Positions 34,564 through 43,780 of a stretch of DNA of 64,000 nt are shown piece after piece. A program made the position numbers and the translations under genes. The DNA comes from an uncultured delta proteobacterium. Its GTDB lineage: Bacteria; Myxococcota_A; UBA9160; UBA6930. Position 1 is the stretch's first letter. Each line of letters opens with the position of its first letter. Where the stretch lies: NCBI GenBank assembly GCA_963783795.1, contig CAWAPH010000036.1, positions 4,412 through 68,411 of the forward strand, written 5' to 3'. The notes under the pieces are model-generated. The model ran no database searches and was not told where the DNA came from. It saw only the letters and a program-made list of their open reading frames with translations.

Positions 34564-35348
34564 CTAGACGAGCAGGGCCCCGCCATCGACAGCAAAGGAC
34601 TGGCCCGTCATGTAGCTCGAAGCGTCCGAGGCCAGGAACAGGATGGCGTCGGCGATCTCGGCGGGCTCCCCGACGCGCTTCATCGGAATCCGCTGGCTCG
34701 CGCCCTCCTTGGCCCGCTTGCGACTGCTCCTCGGGCAAGAGCGAGAAGATGGAATCGTAGAAGCCGCGTGCCGACCGCACCCGGAGCCACGCAGTTCACC
34801 CGGATCCCGTACGGCGCCCACTCGAGCGCCATCACCTTGGTCGCCATCATCACCCCTGCCTTGGCGATGGAGTAGTGCCCGGTCGGAACCTGCACGCGGT
34901 AACCGCTCACGGAGGAGACGTTCACGATGCGGCCGTCGCCCTTCTCGCGCATGATGCGCGCGGCGGCCTGGCTCAGGAAGAAGAGGCCCTTGAGATCCAG
35001 GTTGAAGACCGTGTCCCAGGCGCGCTCCTCCATGTCGATGGCGGGTGAGAAGAAGTTGGTACCGGCGTTGTTCACCAGGATGTCGAGCGATCCGAGCTCG
35101 CCCACCACCTGGTCCACGAGAGGCTGGATCTGGTCCATGCGCCCCACGTGCGCCGCCACGGGCAGTGCGCGGCGGCCCAGCTTCTCGACCTCCCCCGCGA
35201 CGCGCTCGAGGTCGGGGAGCTTGCGGCTCGAGACCGCCACGTCGGCGCCGGCCCGCGCCAGGGTGAGCGCCACGGCCTCGCCGATGCCGCGGCTGCCGCC
35301 TGTGACCAGGGCCACCTTTCCGTCGAGTGAGAACTGGGGAAGATCCAT
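34564..35348 (-). pseudogene. SDR family oxidoreductase, disrupted by two +1 frame changes near the C-terminus (or sequence error)
   Basis: '[17 protein letters not shown]', 'NNAG', 'YSIAKAG', 'VNCVAPGAV' lie in the frame of ORF 34680..36452. '[14 protein letters not shown]' is in a second frame. '[38 protein letters not shown]' is in a third (ORF 34564..35388). Shifts at about 34775 and about 34720. Confidence 0.75.
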
Positions 35349-35479
35349 CTGCAGCTCCTCTGGCGCGGTTCGGTGCGGAGCGTACCACGGGCGGCCATCG
35401 AGCGGGTCGAAGAAGAGTAGGCCGTATTTCTCACCCGACCGTGTAGCGAGAAACCCCTGCTCCCTGCCGCCAATCGCTG

Positions 35480-36865
35480 CTACTCGATCCGGACGCCCTG
35501 CTTCTCGAGGCGCTTCTGAACCTTCGACCGGTCGACCTGCGCACACGACACCTCGTCCTTGACCGATACCGCAGCCGCAACGCCCGCGCCCTGCCCGGTG
35601 ACCGAGCAGCACATCATCTGCCGGGTGGCCGCGTGCGACACCTTGTCGCCGGCCACGCAGCGCCCTGCGACCAGCAGGTTGTCCACCTTCTGCGGCAGGA
35701 TGATCCCGTAGGGCACCTGGAAGTACCGGCCCGTCGAGGGAAGCACGACGTAGCCGCTCCCGTCGAGAAACTCGGGGCAGATCCCGATCGAGTCCTCGAA
35801 GCGGGCCTGACCCAGCACCTCCTGCTCGGTCAGCCGATGGTGACCGACGATCTTTCGCGACTCCCGCGCGCCGAGGGACGCTCCGATGGTCCTGAGCCGC
35901 GCAGCTTCGAAACCGGGCGTGTACTTCTTGAGCGCGGCGAGCGCCCACATCACGTGCTGGCGGCCCTCGATCTCTCCCTTCGTGAGGTCCCGGACGTCGG
36001 TCGGGTCGATGCCCATCACCCGGATCGCATTCATGCTGGTGACCTCGCCCTTGTCGGTGAAGTTGTTCCACTGCCCGCCCATCTGGACGTGCGAGGGGAT
36101 CTCGCCGGCTTCCTTGGCCCTCTCGAAAGGCTCCACCAGGCGCGTGCTGACCTCCTTCTTCTCCCTCTCGCCGGACTTCTGGCCCGAATCCCAGAGCGAC
36201 CTGGGCTTCTCCCGGAAGATGTATTTGAAGAACGCTTGGAGATCGACGCCGCTGCAGCCGAAGTTCACCGTCACGGCCGAGAGCTTGTCCTTCGGGTCCT
36301 GGTGGTACGGGACCCCCGCGCGGGCGGCGATGTCCGCATCCCCGGTGGCATCGATCACGCACTTCGCCAGGATGGCCTGTCTCCCAGACTTGCTCTCGGT
36401 GATGATGCCTTTGACGGTGTCGCCTTCCATGATGACGTCGGCGAAGGCGCAATGAAGCAGGGGAGTGATGCCCGCCTCCTGCACCATCTCGTCGGCGATG
36501 ACCTTGAACACCTCCGTATCCAGGATCTCGTAGCGCTTGACGGTCAGGCTGGCGCCCCGTTCCTTGGCGCGCTGCTCGAACTCCACACCGATGCCGCCCG
36601 CGTCCACGGTCTCGGGACTGGTCCGGTACCAGGCGATGGTTCCGACGATGGTCTGAGTGATGACCCCACCGAAGCAGCCGTGGCGTTCGACGAGCATGGT
36701 GTCCACTCCCGCTCTGGCGGCGGCGAGTGCGGCCGAGAGCCTGCCCGGACCGCTGCCGACCACCAGAACGTCCGTCTCCGCCATCACCGGGGTCTTCCTG
36801 GCCGGCTCTTCGATGTGCTTCACGACTGCTCTCCTCTCATCGAACTCCCGATACCGGTGGCACAC
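35480..36865 (-). CDS. FAD-dependent oxidoreductase (PF12831-like)
   Basis: 'DVLVVGSGPGRLSAALAAARAGVDTMLVERHGCFGG' dinucleotide-binding motif. The likely start is the GTG at 36823 (GGAG upstream) or the ATG at 36784. Confidence 0.8.
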   Translation of the reverse strand: MCHRYREFDERRAVVKHIEEPARKTPVMAETDVLVVGSGPGRLSAALAAARAGVDTMLVERHGCFGGVITQTIVGTIAWYRTSPETVDAGGIGVEFEQRAKERGASLTVKRYEILDTEVFKVIADEMVQEAGITPLLHCAFADVIMEGDTVKGIITESKSGRQAILAKCVIDATGDADIAARAGVPYHQDPKDKLSAVTVNFGCSGVDLQAFFKYIFREKPRSLWDSGQKSGEREKKEVSTRLVEPFERAKEAGEIPSHVQMGGQWNNFTDKGEVTSMNAIRVMGIDPTDVRDLTKGEIEGRQHVMWALAALKKYTPGFEAARLRTIGASLGARESRKIVGHHRLTEQEVLGQARFEDSIGICPEFLDGSGYVVLPSTGRYFQVPYGIILPQKVDNLLVAGRCVAGDKVSHAATRQMMCCSVTGQGAGVAAAVSVKDEVSCAQVDRSKVQKRLEKQGVRIE

Positions 36866-36905
36866 CTCGCGCGAGGGGCGAGAGCTCTAGCGCCGACCCC
36901 TGCGG

Positions 36906-37364
36906 CTACGGCCCGCGAATCTCGGCCAGGCGTTCGAGGAGCCACTGCCGCACCGGCTGCTGGGGCTCCCCAGGGCACTCCACCAGATAGGGACGGCCCG
37001 TCATCGAACTCTTCGACGCCACACCTTCGATGAAGTCCTCCGCGCTCTCTACCTTGTCACGCGCGTACTTGTACTTGCGTTCGACGTGAGCCTTTGCGTC
37101 CGCAGCGGAGCCCGGTTTTCCATTGCGGATGAAGGTGCACTCCGACGCGCCGATGGCGCCGATCAGCGCCCCGATCTCTTCCTCGGCGGTCAGCTCGGGC
37201 CGGGCGGCTGCGGGTTCACCCTCCGAGGACCGCGGCGGATCCTGGGCGAACGACGAAGGTGCGCAGAGAATCAGCGCGGCGAAGAACAGCAGGATCGGGA
37301 AGGCGACGGCATCCCTCCTCCACGAAACGGAAGAGGAGACGACATGCGGCTTCGGGGCGAGCAT
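36906..37364 (-). CDS. DUF5329-like secreted protein
   Basis: Signal peptide 'AFPILLFFAALILCAPSSFA', then 'EEEIGALIGAIGASECTFIRNGKPGSAADAKAHVERKYKY...AEDFIEGVASKSSMTGRPYLV'. Start moved to the ATG at 37364. Confidence 0.55.
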   Translation of the reverse strand: MLAPKPHVVSSSVSWRRDAVAFPILLFFAALILCAPSSFAQDPPRSSEGEPAAARPELTAEEEIGALIGAIGASECTFIRNGKPGSAADAKAHVERKYKYARDKVESAEDFIEGVASKSSMTGRPYLVECPGEPQQPVRQWLLERLAEIRGP

Positions 37365-37489
37365 GATATGGGTTCCCCCGACTGGAGAGACGCCGATGGG
37401 CGGGGACGGCCGGGTGAAGCCCAGGAGGTCCAGCGGCCAGCCCGGAGCATAGATCAAGGCCAGCGTGTCCGCAGTCGGATGAGGTCGGC

Positions 37490-38797
37490 ATGACAGACCG
37501 CAAGGTGATCGTCGTAGGAGCGGGCATCGGTGGCCTTTCGGCCGCCCACTCACTCCACCAGAGGGGCTACGAGGTGGAGATCCTCGAGGCCTCGAACCGC
37601 CCGGGCGGGCGGATGATGACCCTGGAGCACAGGGGAGACCGGGTGGACGTGGGCGCCCAGTTCTACCACTCGAACTTCCGCAGTGCCTTCGAGCTGATGG
37701 ATGCGGCAGGGGTGAGCGGCGAGAGGAGGATGCTCCGAGGGAGCGTGCAGTACTCCCTCCGGGACGGTGGTCGATACCTCTACAACCAGCGCAATCCCTA
37801 CATGAAGCTCCTCGGGTGGAGGGGCAACCTGAAGCTCTACGAGTTCGTCCTCCGCTACGTCCTTCTGGGACGCCGCTTCTCCGAGTTCGCGATCCGCGAG
37901 GACATCCCGGCCTACGACGACGTCGGAATCCTGGACCTCTACGACTCCCCGTCGGATCGAACCATTCGCGACTACCTGGTGACGATGCTCACCATGGGTG
38001 AGGCGCTCGCCTTTCCGGAGTGGGTCAGCCTGTATCACTTCATCCGCCTCTTCCGTCTGACGCTCTTCTGTGACTACTTCGGCCTGGTCCGCGGCGTATC
38101 CGCCCTGGCAGAGGACCTGGCGGCGCAGATGCCCGTCGAGTACGAGACACCCGTTCGCCAGCTGGTCCTCGAGAAGGGCCGCGTGGTGGGTGTCGAGTTG
38201 GAGGGCACCGGCAGCGTCCGAATGGCCGACCACGTGATCGTCGCCGTCACGCCGCCGGCGGCGGCGCGGCTGCTCCCGGAAGAGCTCGACGAACAGCGCC
38301 GCTTCTTCGACTCGGTCAAGTACGCGCCCCTCCCGATGCCCGTCTTCTTCCTCGATCGCCCGCTCCGCAAGGACGTCTGGTGCTACTTCAACGACCCGAG
38401 CTTGCGAAGGACCTTCATGTTCGCGATCGACGCGCACGCCAAGGTCCCGGAGATGTGCCCGAGCGGAAAGGCGGCGCTGACCGGCTGGGCCGTCTACCCG
38501 ACGACGCTCTCCCTGATGGACGAATCCGACGAGACCATCCTGGCCCTGGCCCGGGAGGACATGGAGCTGATGGTCCCCGGGTTCTCCCAGTGGATCGACG
38601 AGGCGACGGTGGTCCGGCATGCCTTCGTGAACGCGGTCTATCCCCCCGGTTCGTACCGCCAGGTCCTGGACTTCCAGGAACGAGCGAGGCACCTGCGGGG
38701 TGTCTCCTTCGCGAGCAGCGCCCTCCACGGGATGAGCATGGAGGCAGCCATCCGCAGCGCCGCTGCCGCCGTCCGCCGCGTCTGCGCGTGGGGATGA
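37490..38797 (+). CDS. FAD-dependent amine-oxidase/protoporphyrinogen-oxidase-like oxidoreductase
   Basis: 'KVIVVGAGIGGLSAAHSLHQRGYEVEILEASNRPGGRM'. Confidence 0.8.
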   Translation: MTDRKVIVVGAGIGGLSAAHSLHQRGYEVEILEASNRPGGRMMTLEHRGDRVDVGAQFYHSNFRSAFELMDAAGVSGERRMLRGSVQYSLRDGGRYLYNQRNPYMKLLGWRGNLKLYEFVLRYVLLGRRFSEFAIREDIPAYDDVGILDLYDSPSDRTIRDYLVTMLTMGEALAFPEWVSLYHFIRLFRLTLFCDYFGLVRGVSALAEDLAAQMPVEYETPVRQLVLEKGRVVGVELEGTGSVRMADHVIVAVTPPAAARLLPEELDEQRRFFDSVKYAPLPMPVFFLDRPLRKDVWCYFNDPSLRRTFMFAIDAHAKVPEMCPSGKAALTGWAVYPTTLSLMDESDETILALAREDMELMVPGFSQWIDEATVVRHAFVNAVYPPGSYRQVLDFQERARHLRGVSFASSALHGMSMEAAIRSAAAAVRRVCAWG

Positions 38798-38815
38798 CCG
38801 GGCGGGAGAGGAGGA

Positions 38816-39791
38816 ATGCCAGCCATGGAGATCGCCGACGGCGTCTTCTTCTTCCGGGGCAGGGCCGGCGACCGGCTGCGACCGGGAGCGGGCTCGGTCA
38901 ACGTCACCGTGGTTCGCGGGACTGCGCTGGCAATGCTCGATGCGGGTGTCACACGAGGCGGCGCCTTCCGCTCTCTTCGCGCCCGCATGCGAGCCTGCAA
39001 CCTGGCCCTGGGCGACGTCGCCTGGCTCGCCCACACCCATAGCCACTGGGATCACATCAACGCCTCGGATGCGGTTCAGCGGGGCGGAGCAGCCCGGTTG
39101 GCAGCGCCCAGGGAGGAGATTCCACTCATCGAGGATTCCGGGAAGAACTTTCGCGGATTCCTCACCGACTTCGGCTTGCTCGCGCGAGAGGTGCTTCCCC
39201 TATCCGGCGGTGCTGGCGAGACTCGCCATCCGGTACGCCTGGGGGCGACAGCCGCGGCTCCACGTCGATCGCGCCCTCGACGATGGCGAAATCCTCGACG
39301 TGGGACGGCACGTTCGGGTCGTGGCCCTCCCCGGCCACACGACGGGACACGCCGGCTACTGGATCCCGGACGCTGGCGTGCTCGTCACGGGGGACCTGAT
39401 CGACTTCGAGAACTCGCAGGGCATGGATCTCAACAATCCGCGCTCCGACTTCGGAATGGCCCTGGACTCACTGCGCCGAGCTCTGGAGCTCGAGCCCGAG
39501 ATCCTGATTCCGGCTCACGGCGAGCCGACGGTCGGCCGACACCGCGTCGAGCAGGTGCTGAATGCCGCCCTCGATGGAGGGCTCGAGTATCCAGAGAGAA
39601 TCCTGGCAGCGCTCGGGAGCCAGACGCTGCGCCTCGGTTCGATCGCTCCCGCGGTCTTCCCGGACGTGCCGCTCTCGATGCGAGCGATGACGATGATGCT
39701 GGTGCTGGTCGTGCTGCTGCACATGGAACGCAGCGGGCAGATTCAGCGCACCAAACTCTCGGGAAGACCCGCCTGGGTACGGCCCGCTTGA
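38816..39791 (+). pseudogene. MBL-fold metallo-hydrolase with one +1 frame change in a C4 run (or sequence error)
   Basis: 'HTHSHWDH' lies in the frame of ORF 38816... 'RALDDGEILDVGRHVRVVALPGHTTGHAGYW...LIPAHG' lies in ORF 38940..39791. The junction is at CCCC 39197..39200. Confidence 0.75.
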
Positions 39792-39875
39792 ACCGAACTC
39801 GTCGCGCCCGCGCGTCGTTTTCAACCCGGAAGGCTTGCGATAGGCTCGCTCGCAGTGACAACCCGGAGGCGCCCC

Positions 39876-40616
39876 ATGACCGTCGAACTGGTTCCGCTCG
39901 AATGTGGATGGGTCCGGCAGGCCCAGTCGATTCTCGAGACCGGGGCATCCAACGACGATATCGACATCCCGGTTCCCGCATGGCTGATCCGCCATCCGAA
40001 GGAGACGCTGCTATTCGACGCCGGCCTCCACCCCGGTCTGGCGAAATCACCGGAGAGCCTTGGCCGACTGGCCTCCCTCTTCACTCCGATCCTCGACGAG
40101 GGAGGGTCGATTCGCGGACGCCTGGAGGGGGCGGGTGTCGACCCCGATGGAGCGCTCACCGTGATCGTCTCGCACTGCCACTTCGACCACGTCGGGGGTC
40201 TCTGCGAGCTTCCCAATGCGCGCCTGATCGTGCAGCGGGCCGAGTGGCAGGCCGCTCACCCGGGAGACGGGCTGAGCTACGACCCGGCTCTCTACGACCT
40301 CGGACACGACGTCACGACCGTCGACGGCGATCACGACCTCTTTGGCGACGGCAGCGTCACCTGCATCCCGACCCCCGGTCACTCCGTCGGCCACCAGTCG
40401 CTCCGCGTGGTGACGGCGGACGGTCCCGTCGTCGTCGCCGCGGACGCCTGCTACTTCGCCCGCACCCTCGACGGTGGGGCACTCCCCTCGTTCGGATCCG
40501 ACCGGGAGGCGCAGAAGCGCTCGCTCGGGCGGCTGCGAGCCGAGCGCTCGATGGGCGCCGAGGTGATACCCGGCCACGATCCGGAAGTGTGGCGGCGCCT
40601 CGTCGGCCCGTCCTGA
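39876..40616 (+). CDS. MBL-fold hydrolase, N-acyl-homoserine-lactonase-like
   Basis: 'VSHCHFDHVGG' (HxHxDH), 'TPGHSVGH', 'AADACYF'. GGAGG lies 6 nt before the ATG at 39876. Confidence 0.8.
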   Translation: MTVELVPLECGWVRQAQSILETGASNDDIDIPVPAWLIRHPKETLLFDAGLHPGLAKSPESLGRLASLFTPILDEGGSIRGRLEGAGVDPDGALTVIVSHCHFDHVGGLCELPNARLIVQRAEWQAAHPGDGLSYDPALYDLGHDVTTVDGDHDLFGDGSVTCIPTPGHSVGHQSLRVVTADGPVVVAADACYFARTLDGGALPSFGSDREAQKRSLGRLRAERSMGAEVIPGHDPEVWRRLVGPS

Positions 40617-40654
40617 GCAAGAGACGGTTCACGCCTTCGAGCGCCCGACTCGGA

Positions 40655-41797
40655 TCAGGGTCGTGAGTCGCGCCCCTTGAGGAGCTCCCGGGCGATGTTG
40701 TTCCTCTGGATCTGCGCCGTCCCTCCGGCGATGGTCCAGCCGCGGGCGAATCGGACCAGCCACTCCATCGGATACTCCCGGGAGTACCCGTATCCGCCGA
40801 AGATCTCCAGCGCGGCGTTGGTCACCTCCACGCCCATCTCGTTGGAGAAGACCTTCGCCGTAGCGGCCTCCAGGCGGGAGGGGAAGCCCTGCTCGCCGTT
40901 CACGACGGCGCGGTAGATCAGCAGCCGGGCGGCGTCGATCTTCACCTTCATGTCGGCGAGCATCCACTGGATGCCCTGGAACTCCGCGATGGGCTTGCCG
41001 AACTGCGTCCTCTCCTGGGCGTAGGCCAGGGCCTTCTCGAAGGCGCACTGGGCCGTCGCCAGCGACATGGTCGCGTTGCCGCATCGCTCGGCATTGAAGG
41101 CCATCATCATCTTGCGGAATCCGTCCTCCTTGATGAGCACGTTGCCGGCCGGAACCGTGGCGTTCTCGAAGAAGAGCTGGTTCTGGATGGTTCCGGACAT
41201 GTTCGGCTCGTTCTTGCCGACGCTGAAGCCCGGCGTCTCCCTGTCCACGATGATCGATCCGATTCCCTCGATGCCCTCGCCGAAGCGGCAGTACACCATG
41301 AACGCGTCGGCCCGGTCTCCATCGCTGATGAAGGACTTGGCGCCATTCAAGACGTAGTGGTCGCCGTCCTGCACGGCGCGCGTCTTGAGCTCGGTGGCCG
41401 CCGAGCCCGCCGTCGGCTCGGTGATGGCGATCGACATCGAGCCTTCCCCCCGGCAGACGGGCGGGATGTACTTCTCCTTCTGCTGATCCGTGCCGTAGCG
41501 GGCCACCGCCCGGATCGGACCGAAGTTCGCGCCGAAGACGATTCCCGCGGCGAGCGGATCGACCCTGCCGATCTCCTCCATCACCATGATGGCGTCGACC
41601 GGAGTTCGGCCTCCGCCCTGGTACTCCTCCGGCAGCGTCATTCCGAGCAGGCCCATCTCGGCCATCTTCTGCTGCATTTCTCGCGGGTAGTCCCCTCGGC
41701 TCTCATGAGTGAACGCGATCGGCCGAAGCTCCCTCTCCGCAAAGGCCTGCACCGTCTGGCGCAGCATCTCCTGCTCTTCGTTCCACTGGAAGTCCAT
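40655..41797 (-). CDS. acyl-CoA dehydrogenase
   Basis: 380 aa with canonical ACAD blocks ('ITEPTAGSAATEL', 'LNGAKSFISDG', 'QFGKPIAEFQGIQWMLADM', 'GGYGYSREYPMEW'). Confidence 0.9.
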   Translation of the reverse strand: MDFQWNEEQEMLRQTVQAFAERELRPIAFTHESRGDYPREMQQKMAEMGLLGMTLPEEYQGGGRTPVDAIMVMEEIGRVDPLAAGIVFGANFGPIRAVARYGTDQQKEKYIPPVCRGEGSMSIAITEPTAGSAATELKTRAVQDGDHYVLNGAKSFISDGDRADAFMVYCRFGEGIEGIGSIIVDRETPGFSVGKNEPNMSGTIQNQLFFENATVPAGNVLIKEDGFRKMMMAFNAERCGNATMSLATAQCAFEKALAYAQERTQFGKPIAEFQGIQWMLADMKVKIDAARLLIYRAVVNGEQGFPSRLEAATAKVFSNEMGVEVTNAALEIFGGYGYSREYPMEWLVRFARGWTIAGGTAQIQRNNIARELLKGRDSRP

Positions 41798-41897
41798 ACT
41801 CTCTTCCTCCTGCCTGGGGGGCGGATAGCGTCGATGACCAGGGCGGTCAATGACCGGATCTTTACTCGCCCGCCTGCCGAAGCGCTAACTTCGCCGC

Positions 41898-42392
41898 ATG
41901 TCCATGGTCGCCCACTACAGGTACTGTCCGGTGTGCCGCTCGGAGTACACGCTGATGGCCACGCGCTGCATCGACTGCGAGGTCGATCTAGTCGACGAAG
42001 GCGAGCTGGCCGCCCTCGAGGAGCAGGTCGAGTCGTTCCCCCCCGCATCCGAGCTCGACTGCGTGCGGGTGGCTCCCCTCCCGTGGATCCGAGCCCTGTC
42101 GGGGTCTCTCCAGGAGGACGGAATCGGGCATCGGGTCGAGCCCGCCACGACCGACGACGCCCCCGAGGACCAGCGCCCCGACGTCTTCGGCGACGTCCAG
42201 CTCTTCGGCCTCTACGTCCAGAGCGCGGACATCTCCCCCGCGCGAGAGATCGACGGCTCCATCGCGGGCCGGCTCCTGCCCGAGGAAGCTCCGGCGCTCG
42301 CTGAGGACGAGGAAGAGGCCTGCCCGGCCTGCGGCACTGCGCTCACGCCGGACAGTGTCGAATGCCCGGATTGCGGGCTGCGCTTCGGTTAG
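41898..42392 (+). CDS. double zinc-ribbon protein, function unknown
   Basis: 'CPVCRSEYTLMATRCIDCE' and 'CPACGTALTPDSVECPDCG', with an acidic linker. Its TAG stop overlaps the TAA stop of the convergent GTPase gene (TTAG at 42389..42392). Confidence 0.55.
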   Translation: MSMVAHYRYCPVCRSEYTLMATRCIDCEVDLVDEGELAALEEQVESFPPASELDCVRVAPLPWIRALSGSLQEDGIGHRVEPATTDDAPEDQRPDVFGDVQLFGLYVQSADISPAREIDGSIAGRLLPEEAPALAEDEEEACPACGTALTPDSVECPDCGLRFG

Positions 42393-43780
42393 CCGCTGCG
42401 TTCGTCCGCGGCGAAGATGTCCGCGATCGCGCCCACCAGACCCTCCATCGCATCGGGGCGGTCGGGATTCTTCCGGAGCTGCTCGAATCTCCGCTCGAGC
42501 CCGGAGCGGTGATCCTTCGAGAGGGGAGGCAGCGCCTCGTCGGGACGATCGAGAAGCGCCAGCTCGCCGCGCAGGGAGTGGTTGCGGCGCGCAACCAGCC
42601 AGTGGTGATAGCGAGCGCGATTGAAGACGACGTGGGGAAAGCTCCGGTTGCGGGTAGGACCAGCGACGAGCTTCTCTCCTCCCAGGGGAACGTCGAGAAC
42701 CCTGACCTTGACCAGGCGATCGGCGGTCCACCAGCCGAGAGCCGCGCCGACGCCCGCACCCAGCAGGGCGCCCAGCATGAACGACATGCCGCCGAGCTGC
42801 GCGTCCACCACGGCGCCGGTCGTGGCCCCGCCCATGGCGCCGGTCGCCATCAGCTCGCTCTTCCGCAGGCCGAAGACGAGCCAGGTCTTCTCCGCGAAGA
42901 GGTCCTCGTCGAGCAGCTCGAGCGCGGCTTCACGGCGCTCGATCCGGCGATGGCTGTAGATCATCTCGACCTCGTCGCGGCAGCGCTGCTCCAGCGAGCG
43001 GAGACCGTCCTGGAAACGGGCCTCGATTCCCGACCTCACCCTGTCGAGCTCGCCACGAGAGGTCAGCTTCTCCTCCACCTCGAAGCCCAGCATGCTCACC
43101 AACCCCCCGGCAATGGCGCGGGCGGCGAGGCGGCGTTGACGCTCCCTGTGCTGCTCGAGGCAGTGGACGGCGCGCTCCAGTGCCTCGCGCCACTCTTCGC
43201 GCAGCTGACCGAAGGCGCGGAGCAGATCGACCCGCTTGTCGAACTCCGCCATCACCGCGTCGAAGACGCGAACCACCCTGAAGTACTGACCGAGGGCCGC
43301 CTTCCACGGCTCGATGTAGTCGGCCGGGCCGATCGGATTGATCAGCGCCATGCTGGGCTGGCCGGTCCAGCGCAGGATCTCCATCTCCGGCTCGTATTCC
43401 TCTCCGAAGGGGACCGAGCCGTCGACGACGTAGAGGATTCCCGCGCCGTCGATGATCGGCTGGAGGAGCTCACACTCTTCCTCGAAGACGTCTTCCCCGC
43501 GGTGCGTCTCGACGAACTGACGGACGACCTCGGCGTGGCGGTCGGAGGTGGTCTCCTGCTGGCGCATCCAGTGGAGTGCGCGGCGGGCGCGCTGGAAGCC
43601 GGGCGTGTCCACCAGGGCGTAGAGCTCCTCGCCGTCGACGGTCATGGGAAAGCGCCGGCAGCGGGCCGTGGTGCCCGGTTCCGGGCTGATCCCGACCGAG
43701 TCGTCGGACGCCAGCGTGGAGACGATGCTGGACTTGCCCTTGTTGGGATGACCGACGACGGCAAAGACCGGCTCGCTCAT
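42389..43780 (-). CDS. GTPase with C-terminal DUF3482-like membrane region
   Basis: G1 'GHPNKGKSS', G2 'PGTT', G3 'DTPG'. C-terminal hydrophobic, glycine-rich segments. Start at the ATG at 43780 overlaps the upstream stop (ATGA). Confidence 0.75.
   Translation of the reverse strand: MSEPVFAVVGHPNKGKSSIVSTLASDDSVGISPEPGTTARCRRFPMTVDGEELYALVDTPGFQRARRALHWMRQQETTSDRHAEVVRQFVETHRGEDVFEEECELLQPIIDGAGILYVVDGSVPFGEEYEPEMEILRWTGQPSMALINPIGPADYIEPWKAALGQYFRVVRVFDAVMAEFDKRVDLLRAFGQLREEWREALERAVHCLEQHRERQRRLAARAIAGGLVSMLGFEVEEKLTSRGELDRVRSGIEARFQDGLRSLEQRCRDEVEMIYSHRRIERREAALELLDEDLFAEKTWLVFGLRKSELMATGAMGGATTGAVVDAQLGGMSFMLGALLGAGVGAALGWWTADRLVKVRVLDVPLGGEKLVAGPTRNRSFPHVVFNRARYHHWLVARRNHSLRGELALLDRPDEALPPLSKDHRSGLERRFEQLRKNPDRPDAMEGLVGAIADIFAADERSG

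Noticed and set aside
41830-41860. Direct repeat GTCGATGACC / GTCAATGACC upstream of the zinc-ribbon gene.
   Set aside because: It is a short, imperfect single pair and is indistinguishable from chance.
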